From NCBI GenBank assembly GCA_965225945.1, contig CBDDBZ010000027.1, positions 97,705 to 161,704 of the forward strand: a stretch of 64,000 bases of DNA, read 5' to 3'. The notes under the pieces were generated by a model. It worked only from the letters and a program-made list of their open reading frames with translations, made no database searches and was not told the DNA's origin. Made by a program: the position numbers and the translations under genes. This document shows positions 28,568 to 38,891 of the stretch, piece after piece; the first letter of the stretch is position 1; each line of letters opens with the position of its first letter. Source of the stretch: Alphaproteobacteria bacterium (GTDB lineage Bacteria; Pseudomonadota; Alphaproteobacteria; GCA-2731375).

Positions 28568-29713
28568 ATGTCGTATTCGATCGAGTTCGATCCGATCCGC
28601 CTGCCGCCGGAGGCCGAATCGCTCAGGGGCGAGGTGCGTGATTTCCTGGACCGGGAACGCGACCAGGGCACGCTCGGCGCCGACGAGGGCTTCGATCGCG
28701 AGTTCTCCAAGCGCGTCGGCGCCAAGGGCTGGATCGGCATCACCTGGCCCAAGGAATACGGCGGACAGGACCGAAGCCACCTGGAGCGTTACGTGATCAA
28801 CGAGGAATTCCTGGTCTCCGGCGCGCCCACCCGAGCCCACTTCACCGCCGACCGGCAAAGCGGCCTGGTGCTGATCAAATACGCCAACGAAGCGATCAAG
28901 CAGGACATCCTGCCCCGGATCACGGCCGGCGAAATGACCTTCTGTATCGGCATGAGCGAGCCGGATTCGGGCTCCGATCTGTTCGCCGCGAAGACCGCGG
29001 CGGTGCGCACCAACGAGGGCTGGCGGATCAACGGCCGCAAGCTCTGGACCTCGAACGCGCACCGCTCGGACTATATGATCGGGCTCTTCCGCACCTCGCC
29101 CGCGACACCCGAGAACCGGCGCCATGGCCTGACCCAGTTCCTGGTCGACCTGAGCTTGCCGGGCATCACCTTGCGCCCCGTCCTGCATCCGAACGGCAAC
29201 CACGAATTCAACGAGGTCACCTTCGACGACCTGGTGATCCCGCACGATCACCTCCTCGGCGAGGTCGACATGGCCTGGAAGCAGGCGACCAGCGAGCTCG
29301 CCTACGAGCGCTCGGGCCCGGAGCGGTTTCTCGAGACCTTCTCCGTCCTGCTCGAGCTGATCGACGTGCTGGGAACGGACCCCGAGCCGCGCGCGGCGGA
29401 GGGGCTCGGCCGCCTCGTCGCTCAGCTCTTCACCATGCGGCGGATGTCGATCTCCGTCGCCGGCATGCTGCACGCCGGCAAGGAGCCGGTGCTGGAAGCC
29501 TCGATCGTCAAGGACCTGGGCACGGTCTGGGAGCAGAAGCTGCCCGACGTCTGCCGCGATCTCGCGGCCTTCGCTGAAGCCGACCCGCTGGCCTGGGTCC
29601 GCTTCCAGGAGGTGCTGATCCGCAACCAGATCATCGCGCCCAAGTTGACGATTCAAGGCGGCACGACGGAGATCCTGCGCGGCATCGTCGCCCGGGGCCT
29701 CGGCCTCCGCTGA
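28568..29713 (+). CDS. Acyl-CoA dehydrogenase
   Basis: CIGMSEPDSGSDL, NGRKLWTS, FNEVTFDD, TIQGGTTEILR. Confidence 0.93.
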   Translation: MSYSIEFDPIRLPPEAESLRGEVRDFLDRERDQGTLGADEGFDREFSKRVGAKGWIGITWPKEYGGQDRSHLERYVINEEFLVSGAPTRAHFTADRQSGLVLIKYANEAIKQDILPRITAGEMTFCIGMSEPDSGSDLFAAKTAAVRTNEGWRINGRKLWTSNAHRSDYMIGLFRTSPATPENRRHGLTQFLVDLSLPGITLRPVLHPNGNHEFNEVTFDDLVIPHDHLLGEVDMAWKQATSELAYERSGPERFLETFSVLLELIDVLGTDPEPRAAEGLGRLVAQLFTMRRMSISVAGMLHAGKEPVLEASIVKDLGTVWEQKLPDVCRDLAAFAEADPLAWVRFQEVLIRNQIIAPKLTIQGGTTEILRGIVARGLGLR

Positions 29714-29729
29714 GCGGCGGGGCCCGGGA

Positions 29730-31907
29730 ATGGAGGCGACGGAGGAGGCGAGCCGGGCCGTGCCCGATCTCCGGCCGCTGTTCTGGCCCAAGAGCGTGGC
29801 GGTGATCGGCGCCTCGGAAAAGGCCGAGGGCCTGCGCAGCCGGATCATGGAGGTGATGCGGCTGCACGACTTCGCCGGCGCCATCTATCCGGTGAGCCGC
29901 GGCGAGGCCGAAGTCTTCGGCCTCCGCGCCTATCCAACCATCGCCGAGGTGCCGGGGCCGGTCGACCTGGCCATCATCATCATCCCCGCGCCGCACGTGC
30001 CCAAGACCCTGGCGGAATGCGGCGAAGCGGGCGTGCGCGCGGTACAGATCATCACCTCCGGCTTCGCGGAGGAAGTGGGCGGCGCCGGCGCGGACATGCA
30101 GCGTGAGATCCGCGCCATCGCACAAGCCCACGCCATGGTCGTCGTCGGGCCAAATTCGGAAGGCTTCGCCAACACCCGCTCGAAGCTCTGCCCCACCTTC
30201 TCGCCGGCGGTGGAGGTCGAGGACGGCGAAACACTGCTGCCACCGGAGGCGACGGACGGCCTGATCGGCGTCGTCGCCCAGAGCGGCGGCATCGGTTTTT
30301 CCTTCCTCGATCGCGCCCGGCCGAAGCGCCTGCCGGTCGGCTATGTGATCAGCACCGGCAACGAGGCCTGCCTCGAGACCTTCGACTTCGTCGAGTGGAT
30401 GCTGGAGGAAGGCGACGTGAGGGCCTTCATCCTGTTCATCGAGAACGTCAAGGACGCGGCGAAGTTCGCCCGAGTCGCGGCGCGCGCGCTGGTCGAGGCG
30501 AAGCCGCTGATCGTGGTGAAGATCGGCCGGTCCGAGGCCGGCGTCCGCGCCGCGATGTCGCACACCGCCGCGCTGGCCGGCGCCATGGCCGGCTACCGCG
30601 CGATGTTTCGACGCTTTGGCATCATCGAGGTCAGTGACATCGAGGAGGCGGTCGACATCGCCGGTGCCTTCGTCCACTGGCGGGACCGCGAGGCGACGGG
30701 CGCGCGGGTCGGCATCTTCACCGGCTCGGGCGGTGCCGGCGGCTGGATGGCGGACGCGGCGAGCCTTGCCGGGCTCGAGGTGCCGGAGATCGACGCCGAG
30801 ACCCGGGCGCGGATCGACGTCCACCTGCCGGCCTATGGCAGCTCGCGCAATCCGGTCGACGCCACGGCCCAGGCGGTGGGAAGGCTCGGCTATGGCGGGC
30901 TGTTGGAGATCCTGCTCGCCTCGCCCAGGCTCGACGGGGTGATCGCCATCGCCTCGGCGCGCCTGGCGAGGCGGCTCGAGAGCGATGCCGAGGCGTTGCG
31001 GGAATTGAAGGGGCAGACGAGGAAGCCGGTGGCCTTCTGGTCCTATACGCTGCCCGCCGCGCGCTCGATCGAGATACTCTCGAGGGCCGGATACCCGCTC
31101 TTCACCAACATAGGAAACCTGTGCCGGGCGATGGCCGAGTTCGTCGCCTATCGGCGCCACCGCGAGAGCTTCCTGGCCGAAGCGGACGACGCCCAGCCGA
31201 TCCCGGAGGACGCGCGCCGGGCGGTGGCTCGGGCGCTGGCCGGGGAAGGCCGCGTGCTGGCGGAGCATCGGGCAAAGCGGCTGTTGGCGCGCTACGGCGT
31301 GCCGCTGCCCTTCGAGCGATTGGTGAATTCGGGCGAGGACGCCGTGGCGGCCTTCGCCGAGGCGGGCGGGCCGGTGGCGCTCAAGGTACAATCCCCGGAT
31401 TTGCCACACAGAAGCGATGCCGGGCTGCTGCGGCTCGGGCTCGACGACGCCGAGGCGGTCCGGGCCGCTTTCGAGAGCCTGATGGCGCGCGCCGGAGAGG
31501 CCGCGCCGGAGGCCGTGATCGACGGCATCCTGGTACAGGCGATGGCGCCGGAGGGCGTCGAGATGATCGTCGGCGTCAGCCGGGACGAGACCTTCGGTCC
31601 CTTGGTCACCGTCGGCCTGGGCGGCATCTTCACCGAGATCCTCGCCGACGCGGCGAGCCTGCCGGTGCCGATCGGCCGGGCGGAGGCGAGGCGGATGATC
31701 GAGGGCCTGGCGGGCGCGGCCCTGCTCGGGGGCGCGCGCGGACGGCCGCCGGGCGACATCGACGCGCTCATCGACATCGTCGCCCGCGTGTCGCAATTCG
31801 CCGACGACCAGCGCGAGACGGTGGCCGAGATCGACCTCAATCCGGTGATCGTACACGAGAACGGCCTGACGGTCGTCGACGCCCTGATCGTCAAGACGGG
31901 TGGTTAG
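29730..31907 (+). CDS. Acetate/acyl-CoA ligase (ADP-forming), fused alpha-beta
   Basis: PKSVAVIGAS, GPNSEG, QSGG, SHTAALAG phospho-His motif, ATP-grasp EIDLNP. Confidence 0.92.
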   Translation: MEATEEASRAVPDLRPLFWPKSVAVIGASEKAEGLRSRIMEVMRLHDFAGAIYPVSRGEAEVFGLRAYPTIAEVPGPVDLAIIIIPAPHVPKTLAECGEAGVRAVQIITSGFAEEVGGAGADMQREIRAIAQAHAMVVVGPNSEGFANTRSKLCPTFSPAVEVEDGETLLPPEATDGLIGVVAQSGGIGFSFLDRARPKRLPVGYVISTGNEACLETFDFVEWMLEEGDVRAFILFIENVKDAAKFARVAARALVEAKPLIVVKIGRSEAGVRAAMSHTAALAGAMAGYRAMFRRFGIIEVSDIEEAVDIAGAFVHWRDREATGARVGIFTGSGGAGGWMADAASLAGLEVPEIDAETRARIDVHLPAYGSSRNPVDATAQAVGRLGYGGLLEILLASPRLDGVIAIASARLARRLESDAEALRELKGQTRKPVAFWSYTLPAARSIEILSRAGYPLFTNIGNLCRAMAEFVAYRRHRESFLAEADDAQPIPEDARRAVARALAGEGRVLAEHRAKRLLARYGVPLPFERLVNSGEDAVAAFAEAGGPVALKVQSPDLPHRSDAGLLRLGLDDAEAVRAAFESLMARAGEAAPEAVIDGILVQAMAPEGVEMIVGVSRDETFGPLVTVGLGGIFTEILADAASLPVPIGRAEARRMIEGLAGAALLGGARGRPPGDIDALIDIVARVSQFADDQRETVAEIDLNPVIVHENGLTVVDALIVKTGG

Positions 31908-31953
31908 GGACGCGGGGGCGCTATAGTGGCGTCAACCGAAACGGGAGGACGCC

Positions 31954-32634
31954 ATGGGCGGGCGAATCGTCGTGGTCAATCCGAACAGCACCCAGGCGGT
32001 GACCGACGGCATCGACGAGGCCGTGGCGCCGCTGCGGTTCGCCGAGGGCCCGGCGATCGACTGCCTGACCCTTGCCCAGGGTCCGCCTGGAATCGAGACC
32101 CAGCGCCACGTCGACTCGGTGGTCGCCCCACTGTGCGATTTGATCCGCCGCGAGGACAATACCGCCGACGCCTTCGTCGTCGCCTGCTTCTCCGATCCCG
32201 GACTGCACTCGGCCCGCGAGACCACGGCGAAGCCGGTGCTGGGGATTTCCGAATGCGCGATTGGCCAAGCGCTGGTGCTAGGCGATCGGTTCGCCATCAT
32301 CGCCATCCTGCCGGCCTCCCTCGCCCGCCATCGCCGCTACATCCGCCAGTTGGGGCTAGCCGGGCGCTTCGCCGGCGAGCGGCCGATCGGCGTCGGCGTC
32401 ACCGATCTGGAGGGCGAAGCGGTGGCCGGGCGGATGGCCGAGGTGGCCCGCGCCCTGGTCAGGCAAGATGGCGCCGACGTGGTGATCCTGGGCTGCGCCG
32501 GCATGGCCCGCTATCGCGCCCGCTTGGCTGACGAAACCGGCGTGCCGGTGATCGACCCGAGCCAGGCCGCCGTCGCCCAAGCGCTCGCCGCCGTCAGGTT
32601 CGGCCTCACCACGCCGTCGCCTGGCCGCGCCTGA
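31954..32634 (+). CDS. Asp/Glu/hydantoin racemase family protein
   Basis: VVNPNS, ACFSDPG, LGCAGM, PVIDP. Confidence 0.93.
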   Translation: MGGRIVVVNPNSTQAVTDGIDEAVAPLRFAEGPAIDCLTLAQGPPGIETQRHVDSVVAPLCDLIRREDNTADAFVVACFSDPGLHSARETTAKPVLGISECAIGQALVLGDRFAIIAILPASLARHRRYIRQLGLAGRFAGERPIGVGVTDLEGEAVAGRMAEVARALVRQDGADVVILGCAGMARYRARLADETGVPVIDPSQAAVAQALAAVRFGLTTPSPGRA

Positions 32635-32678
32635 GCCGCGCGCGATCCGCTCTCCCCGTCCCGATGCGAGAGGCCCCG

Positions 32679-33077
32679 ATGTTGAGCAAACAGGAACTGA
32701 TCGAGCTGATCGAGAAGCGTTATTTCAACGTGATGGACCAGAAGCGGCTGGACGATACGTTGGCATGCATCGCGCCCGATTGCGTCTGGAACATCTACCC
32801 GGCCGGAATCAGCCTCGAGGGGCGCGACGGCGAGATCCGCGCCGCTTTCGCCGACGTCTTCCAGCGCTATCCCACCATGTGGCACGGCAACTTCGAGTGG
32901 ACCGTGGACGAGGCGGCGCAGCGCGTCGCCGCTGTCTTCGACGTCCGCCTGGTCGACGACGAGGGGCGCGAGACGTCCATGAGCAACGCCAAGATGTTCC
33001 GCGTCGAGGACGGCCGCTTCACCCGCCTCGACCTCTATTTCTCCACCGCCGATTCGATTCTCTCGGAGCCGGCGTGA
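32679..33077 (+). CDS. NTF2/SnoaL-like protein
   Basis: About 132 aa; RYF..MD, GRDGEIRA, FRVEDGRF..L.LY pattern. Confidence 0.75.
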   Translation: MLSKQELIELIEKRYFNVMDQKRLDDTLACIAPDCVWNIYPAGISLEGRDGEIRAAFADVFQRYPTMWHGNFEWTVDEAAQRVAAVFDVRLVDDEGRETSMSNAKMFRVEDGRFTRLDLYFSTADSILSEPA

Positions 33078-33122
33078 CGGCGCGCAGCGGGCCGAGGACG
33101 CGGTGGCAGGCGGGCGAAAACC

Positions 33123-33443
33123 TCACCAACGGCGCGCCGTGAGGATCGCTTCGTCGCCTCGCTGGTAGCGGAACTCGATCTCCAGAGAACCGTCCTCGCC
33201 GAGTTCGGCCGAGCCGTTTCCCCGGACCTCGTCCATTTCGTCGAAGCCTTCCCAGGTGAAATTGACGATGGTCGGCGAATATTCGCAGTCGAGCCCGGCC
33301 TGCAAGGCGCCGAAGGCGATCTCGCCATGGCCGTCGTCGCGGATGGTGATGGAGGCGGGCTGCACGAGATCGAGATGATCCGTCGCCCAGACGTCGGATT
33401 CGACGATACGCCAGCGGCCGATCAGTTCACAATCGAGCGTCAT
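33123..33443 (-). CDS. Hypothetical protein (beta-rich, acidic)
   Basis: LIGRWRIVE...FTWEGFDEMD..G.G; good RBS. Confidence 0.65.
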   Translation of the reverse strand: MTLDCELIGRWRIVESDVWATDHLDLVQPASITIRDDGHGEIAFGALQAGLDCEYSPTIVNFTWEGFDEMDEVRGNGSAELGEDGSLEIEFRYQRGDEAILTARRW

Positions 33444-33520
33444 GACGGCACCTTCCGGAATTCGACTCCAGCGATCAGGGTATCATCGCCACGGACCGGT
33501 GGACCAGCGCGAGACACCAA

Positions 33521-34585
33521 TCAGGCAAAACGCGCCATCACTTCCTCGCCGAAGCGCCGCATCGACGCCGTGTTTCGCGCGTGGCTCATGGCGCCGAAGC
33601 CGGTCTGGCATAGTAGATGACGGACGCCGACGTCGCGCAACGCCTCCACCTCGCCCCGCACCGTCTCGGGCGCGCCGAAGATCGAGCCGGTTTCCAGCGC
33701 GAAGGGGATCGCCACCTCGTCGCCCACCGCCGGATCGCTCCAGGCGTTCAGCATCGCCGGATCGATCTCGAAGTCGGCCGGGTTGTAAGCCTGGCGAACG
33801 TGCATCATATGCGCGCGGGTGGCCCTGAGCAGCTCGGCCAGCTCGTCCTCCGCCTGGGCGTCGGAATCGGCGATATAGACGTTGCGCCAGACCGCGTTTT
33901 GCGCCCGCAGCCGGGCGCGCGCCGCCGCGTCGTGGCCGCCCGCCTCCAGCCCCGCCTCGTATTGCGCCCAGCGCTTGGCGATGTGTTCCAGCGGCAGCCG
34001 CGCGGTCAGAATCGGCACGCCGAGCCGGCCGCACGCCTCGAACGAGGCCGGCGAGATTACGCTCCGCCACAACGGCGGTCCCGGTTGCTGCCAGGGCCGG
34101 GGGCGAAGCTCGGGCAGGCTCAGGCGGTAATAATTGCCCTCGAAGCTGAACGGCCGCTCGACCCAGATGCGGCCGAGGATCTCCAGCGCCTCCTCCATCC
34201 GGGCGCGGGAATCGGCGCTGCGCAAGCCGTAGCCGACGAATTCATACTCGTTGTAGATCGTGCCCTTGCCGACGCCGACGTCGATCCGCCCCTTGGACAG
34301 ATTGTCCAAGAGCGAGAGCTGCACCGCCAGGCGGACCGGATGGTGGAAGGGCATCTGCACCACGGCGAAACCGATGCGGATCCGCTCCGTCCGCATCGCC
34401 AGCGCCGAGGCGAACAGCACGGCGTCGTTGTAAACGCTCTCGCCGGTGAAGTAGTGCTCGGTCAGCCAGACGTCGGCGAAGCCGAGCCGTTCGGCGAGCT
34501 GGACCTGCTCGATCTGCTGCTCGATGCGGATCGCGTCCTCCTCGGGCGAGGGCGAAAGCGCGAGGGTGAGCCAACCGAACCGCAT
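33521..34585 (-). CDS. LLM class flavin-dependent oxidoreductase
   Basis: MRFG, AERLGF..VWLTEHYF, TERIRIG, HHPVRLA, SKGRIDVGVG. Confidence 0.92.
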   Translation of the reverse strand: MRFGWLTLALSPSPEEDAIRIEQQIEQVQLAERLGFADVWLTEHYFTGESVYNDAVLFASALAMRTERIRIGFAVVQMPFHHPVRLAVQLSLLDNLSKGRIDVGVGKGTIYNEYEFVGYGLRSADSRARMEEALEILGRIWVERPFSFEGNYYRLSLPELRPRPWQQPGPPLWRSVISPASFEACGRLGVPILTARLPLEHIAKRWAQYEAGLEAGGHDAAARARLRAQNAVWRNVYIADSDAQAEDELAELLRATRAHMMHVRQAYNPADFEIDPAMLNAWSDPAVGDEVAIPFALETGSIFGAPETVRGEVEALRDVGVRHLLCQTGFGAMSHARNTASMRRFGEEVMARFA

Positions 34586-34861
34586 ATCCCTCTCCATGTC
34601 GTGGGCGCCGGCGGATCCTAGGCGAGACGGGCCGGCGCCGCCAGGGGACGGTGGCCTCCACCGCTTCAGCCATAACCTCGCCTCGATCCTCGCGACGCTC
34701 GGCCGCGGCGGTTTCGTCTTGCGTTACGGCCGCTCGATGCCCCTCGCCGGGGCCCGAGGCGGGCTGCCTCGCGAGCATTGGCCTTCGGCGCGGAAAGGTT
34801 ATATAGAGCGGGAAATGCCGGGCGTCGTGCCCGCCCTTCGCCGAACCACGGGAGAGACGCG

Positions 34862-35638
34862 ATGGCCCGTCCGCTGATGCCGAAGGCGACCGCCGTCTGG
34901 CTGGTCGACAACTCCAGCCTCACCTTCGAGCAGATCGCCGAATTTTGCGCCCTGCATCCGCTGGAGATCCAGGGCATCGCCGACGGCGAGGTGGCCGTGG
35001 GGATCAAGGGCCTGGACCCGATCGCCAACGGCCAGCTCACCCACGAGGAGATCGAGCGCTGCGCCGCCGAGCCGATGGCGAGGCTGGCCATGGCGCGGGT
35101 CACCGTCGAAGTGCCCGAGCGCAAGACCAAGGGACAGCGCTACACGCCCGTCTCCAAGCGCCAGGACCGGCCCAACGCCATCGCCTGGCTGGTCCGCTAT
35201 CAGACCGAGCTGATGGACCCGCAGATCGCCAAGCTGGTCGGCACCACCAAGCCGACGATCCAGGCGATCCGCGAACGCAGCCATTGGAACATGGCCAACA
35301 TCAAGCCGCAGGACCCCGTGACCCTCGGCCTGTGTAGCCAGATCGAGCTGGACGAGGCGGTGCGCACCGGCCAGGAGCGGCTGTCGCGCCAGCACGACAA
35401 GGAGACGCGGGCCGACGACAAGGCCAAGGCCGACCAGTTCGCCGCCGCCGAGGCCGCCGGCATGCCCTCCACCGCGCCGCTGCCGGAACCCGAGCCCGCC
35501 CCCGCGCCCATCCCCGAGCCGGTGCGCCCGCCCGAGAAGGCGCCGGTGGCCGCGACGGTGTTCGGCAGCGATCCGGCGCCCGAAGCGGAGCCGAGCGAAC
35601 CCGAGCCGACCCTCGAAAGCGTCTTCAAGCGGGACTGA
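34862..35638 (+). CDS. DUF1013 family protein (TrcR-like)
   Basis: PLMPKATAVWLVDN, HPLEIQGIADGEVA, RYTPVSKRQDRP, VGTTKPTI, DPVTLGLCSQ. Confidence 0.9.
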   Translation: MARPLMPKATAVWLVDNSSLTFEQIAEFCALHPLEIQGIADGEVAVGIKGLDPIANGQLTHEEIERCAAEPMARLAMARVTVEVPERKTKGQRYTPVSKRQDRPNAIAWLVRYQTELMDPQIAKLVGTTKPTIQAIRERSHWNMANIKPQDPVTLGLCSQIELDEAVRTGQERLSRQHDKETRADDKAKADQFAAAEAAGMPSTAPLPEPEPAPAPIPEPVRPPEKAPVAATVFGSDPAPEAEPSEPEPTLESVFKRD

Positions 35639-35776
35639 CCGGGCCGGGCGAGCGGGCGCCCCGGCACGGCGAGCGCGGACGGCCAGGGGCGTGACGAGAG
35701 CATTTCGAGCTTGCTCGAACCGCCCGGCGGTTCGCAACCCCCTCGCCCGCCCCGAGGCGTCGCGCGAGGTTCGCTC

Positions 35777-36967
35777 GTGAGCCCGGCCCCGCTGCTCGAC
35801 AACGCCTCGGCGCGCCGCCTGCTGCTGGCCGGAAGCGGGCTCGCCCGGCCGCCGCGCCGCGCGCTCGACGATGACGCCCTGCTGGCGCTGATCGAGGCCA
35901 TGGGCTTCGTCCAGGTCGACAGCATCGCGACCGTCGCCAGGGCCCATCACATTATCCTGCTCGCCCGCAACCAGAGCTATCGCGCAACCGCGCTGGCCCA
36001 TCTGCTGGAGGGGAACGGCGCGCTGTTCGAGAACTGGACCCACGACGCGGCGATCCTGCCGAGCCGGCTCTACCCCTATTGGCGCCACCACTTCCGCCGC
36101 GAACGCGAGCGCCTCGCCCGGCGCTGGCGGGGCTATGGGCGGACCGGCTTCGAAGCCCATCTGGAGGCGGTCCGCGAGCGCATCGCCCGGGCGGGCCCGC
36201 TGCTGGCGCGTGACTTCGGAACCCGAGGCGCCAAGCGAACCGGCGGCTGGTGGAACTGGCACGACGAGAAGGCGGCGCTGGAGTTCCTCTGGCGCACCGG
36301 CGGCCTGGCGATCGCCGGGCGGCGCAACTTCCAGAAGCTCTACGACCTGCCGGCCCGGGTGATCCCGGCGGCGCATTTGGCGGCGCGGGTGGACGAGGGC
36401 GAATTCCTCGAGTGGGCCTGCGAAAGCGCGCTTCTCCGTTTGCGCTTCGCCAGCCCGGCGGAAATCGTTGGCTTCTGGGGCCTCTTGCGCAAGCCCGAGG
36501 TCGAGGCCTGGCGCGGGCGCCAGCGCCATCTGGTCGAGGTTCGCGTCCAGCCGGCCGACGACGGCACGCCCAGGATCGCCTGGATGAGGGCGGATGAGTT
36601 CGATCGGCTAGCCGCCACGCCCGAACCGCCGGCCCGCCTCCGGGTCCTCAGTCCCTTCGATCCGTTGCTCCGCGATCGGGCCCGGCTCAGGCGGATCTTC
36701 GGCTTCGAGTATCGCATCGAGGTCTTCGTGCCCAGGGCGAAGCGGCAATACGGCTATTACGTCTTCCCGCTGCTGGAGGGGACACGGCTGGTCGGACGGA
36801 TCGATATGAGCCACGACCGGAGGGGTCGCGGCAGCCTCGACGTCACCGGCCTCTGGTGGGAGCCGGGGGTGCGCCCCGGCCGGGGTCGCCGGGCCGCGCT
36901 GGCGGCGGAACTGGAGCGGATCCGCAAGTTCGTCGGCGCCGGCCACGTCGCCATGAAAGCCGGCTGA
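35777..36967 (+). CDS. YcaQ/AlkZ-like winged-helix DNA glycosylase family (HTH_42)
   Basis: VQVDSI..VARAH, FENWTHDA, LSPFDPL, YRIEVFVP..KR.YGYYVFP. Confidence 0.88.
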   Translation: MSPAPLLDNASARRLLLAGSGLARPPRRALDDDALLALIEAMGFVQVDSIATVARAHHIILLARNQSYRATALAHLLEGNGALFENWTHDAAILPSRLYPYWRHHFRRERERLARRWRGYGRTGFEAHLEAVRERIARAGPLLARDFGTRGAKRTGGWWNWHDEKAALEFLWRTGGLAIAGRRNFQKLYDLPARVIPAAHLAARVDEGEFLEWACESALLRLRFASPAEIVGFWGLLRKPEVEAWRGRQRHLVEVRVQPADDGTPRIAWMRADEFDRLAATPEPPARLRVLSPFDPLLRDRARLRRIFGFEYRIEVFVPRAKRQYGYYVFPLLEGTRLVGRIDMSHDRRGRGSLDVTGLWWEPGVRPGRGRRAALAAELERIRKFVGAGHVAMKAG

Positions 36968-37168
36968 GCCGGCCAGCCCGCGCGCCGGCGCCACCCTGGA
37001 GCCGACGGGACGCGACGGCCTCGAAGCCCGCCTCCTCGCCGAGGCGGCCGGCGTCGTCGGTCCGGACGGGCGAGGCGGTGCCGCCGGCGTCTCCCGCGCC
37101 AGCACGTGACCGCCGGCCGGCGCCGCATCCTGTCGCTTCGTCGAGGTCGACAAAGCGCGGCGACTTGG

Positions 37169-37522
37169 TCATTTCGACTCGACCTCGAGCGTGGCGACCA
37201 TGCTCGGGTGATACTTGCAGTAGTAGTACCCGCTCATGTCCGCCGTGGCGACGGTTTGCCATTCGGCCTTCGCGGCGATCTTGCCCGAGGTCCGACTCCC
37301 GTCCTTGGCGGCGGCGGTGTGGGGGACGATATCCATGTTCCGCCACAGCACGACGTCACCGGGGCGAACGCGGGGGCTTTCGGTAACGAATTTGAAACCG
37401 CGGATCTCGATTGTGACGACACGGGCGCCATCCGCCCGGCTCGCCGTCGCCCAAGGCAAGGCGGTGGTGGCGACGAGCGCCGCCACCAACACCAACCTCG
37501 CGCGCAGGGTCGTGGCGATCAC
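37169..37522 (-). CDS. Cupredoxin (amicyanin/plastocyanin-like), secreted
   Basis: Signal peptide; N.DIVPHT and YYCKYHPSM type-1 copper ligands. Confidence 0.88.
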   Translation of the reverse strand: MIATTLRARLVLVAALVATTALPWATASRADGARVVTIEIRGFKFVTESPRVRPGDVVLWRNMDIVPHTAAAKDGSRTSGKIAAKAEWQTVATADMSGYYYCKYHPSMVATLEVESK

Positions 37523-38058
37523 GAACCTTGCCCTTCGAGGCTCGCCACCATCTTCTCGGCATGCGCCTCGTGCGCCTTGAAGATGACCAAGGCTTGCTCG
37601 AACAGCGCCTTCACTTCCGCGTTCTCGATATTTGGAATGAAGCTGCCCGCGACGAGGCCGTTGACCGCCTTGTGGTAGGCGAGCTCGTTCTGGGCGTAAC
37701 GGCGGTCGAAGGCGGCGCCGTGCAGATGGCTCATCTCCGCCACTAACTGGTCGGCCTGGCGATTGAGCTGCTGGCTCAAGAAGTTGTCCTTGGGATCGAC
37801 GCCGAGCTTCGCGAGCAGGGCGAGCGCCAGGTCGTTCACCACGCCGTGGTCGCGGATCATGGTCTCGGCGAAGGCGTGCACGGCCGGGCTCTTGGAAATC
37901 GCCAGCGCCAGATGGGCATAACGGATGTCGATCAAATCGGCCGTATAGGCGACGTGGGCGATCTCCAGATCGTCGAGATCGGCGGGGGAGGCCGCTTGAG
38001 CCGCGATGGACCAGCTCGAGAGTAGGGCCAGAACCGCGATCGTCAGTTTCTTCAACAT
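37519..38058 (-). CDS. DUF4142 ferritin-like secreted protein
   Basis: Signal peptide; FAETMIRDH, GAAFDRRY..NE..YH. Confidence 0.85.
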   Translation of the reverse strand: MLKKLTIAVLALLSSWSIAAQAASPADLDDLEIAHVAYTADLIDIRYAHLALAISKSPAVHAFAETMIRDHGVVNDLALALLAKLGVDPKDNFLSQQLNRQADQLVAEMSHLHGAAFDRRYAQNELAYHKAVNGLVAGSFIPNIENAEVKALFEQALVIFKAHEAHAEKMVASLEGQGS

Positions 38059-38164
38059 GGATTCAATCTCCTAGGGTTGGGGTGCGGGAAGCGTCCCGCG
38101 AGTGGGGGGGGCGCCGCTTCGGCGCGACGCCCGTTTGGTCCGGGCGCGCTCGGCTCGACGCGTC

Positions 38165-38285
38165 CGGGACTTTGCTGGCGATCCGCCGCCAATTCCGATC
38201 GGATTTCTTTACGTAGCCGGGGATGTCACGTTCCCAGGTCCGTTGGACCTCCGGGGTCAAATTCAGATAGAGCTTGCAACCGTCG
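38165..38285 (-). pseudogene. C-terminal remnant of a YHS-domain protein
   Basis: KLYLNLTPEVQRTWERDIPGYVKKSDRNW resembles the YHS-family C-terminal pattern (KLYLN....W..D.P..I..AD.NW). Confidence 0.55.
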
Positions 38286-38459
38286 GGCGTGGTCGAGAAC
38301 GGGAGGTCATTCATCGGAAGCGCTCGCCGGTTTGATCATATTGGCATCAACAATTAAGAGCCGATCCTCCGCCATCGCCGATCATGTACGGTCGGCTCAG
38401 GCGGGATCTCCCATTGAGTCGGACCCGATTTCCTTGGACACAGAATTGGCTTAATCGAA

Positions 38460-38891
38460 GTGTCCAAGGAGGACCGGAACATGACCGACAATTTTGAGAA
38501 CAAAGTTGCTGTTGATGGGCCTGTGGTAAACGAGGGCGAGCTTGGCTCGTCCACGTTTTCCCCGGGCCAGGTTTCGCCGGCAGGCCCGCTGGGACTTGGC
38601 CAGCGGTGGACGGTGACGCGCAAGCGTGAGGTTGCCCTGCGGCTTTTGCGTGGCGAGCCGGTGGAACTTTTGTCGCGGCAGTTGGGCGTGGAGATTTTCC
38701 GGCTCGAGCAGTGGCGTGAGAAGGCGATCGCCGGGATCGATGCCTCGCTCAAGGAACGCAAGGGCGATCCGGTAAAGGCAGAACTGGACATCGCCATGAA
38801 GCGGATCGGGGAGTTGATCATGCAGGTGGAACTGCTGGAGGCCAAGACGGAGACGTCCGGCCCTTTGGGGCGGCGGAGGTCGCGGCGATGA
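38460..38891 (+). CDS. Transposase OrfA (HTH plus coiled coil)
   Basis: RWTVTRKREVALRLLRGE HTH; ATGA overlap with OrfB. Confidence 0.85.
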   Translation: MSKEDRNMTDNFENKVAVDGPVVNEGELGSSTFSPGQVSPAGPLGLGQRWTVTRKREVALRLLRGEPVELLSRQLGVEIFRLEQWREKAIAGIDASLKERKGDPVKAELDIAMKRIGELIMQVELLEAKTETSGPLGRRRSRR

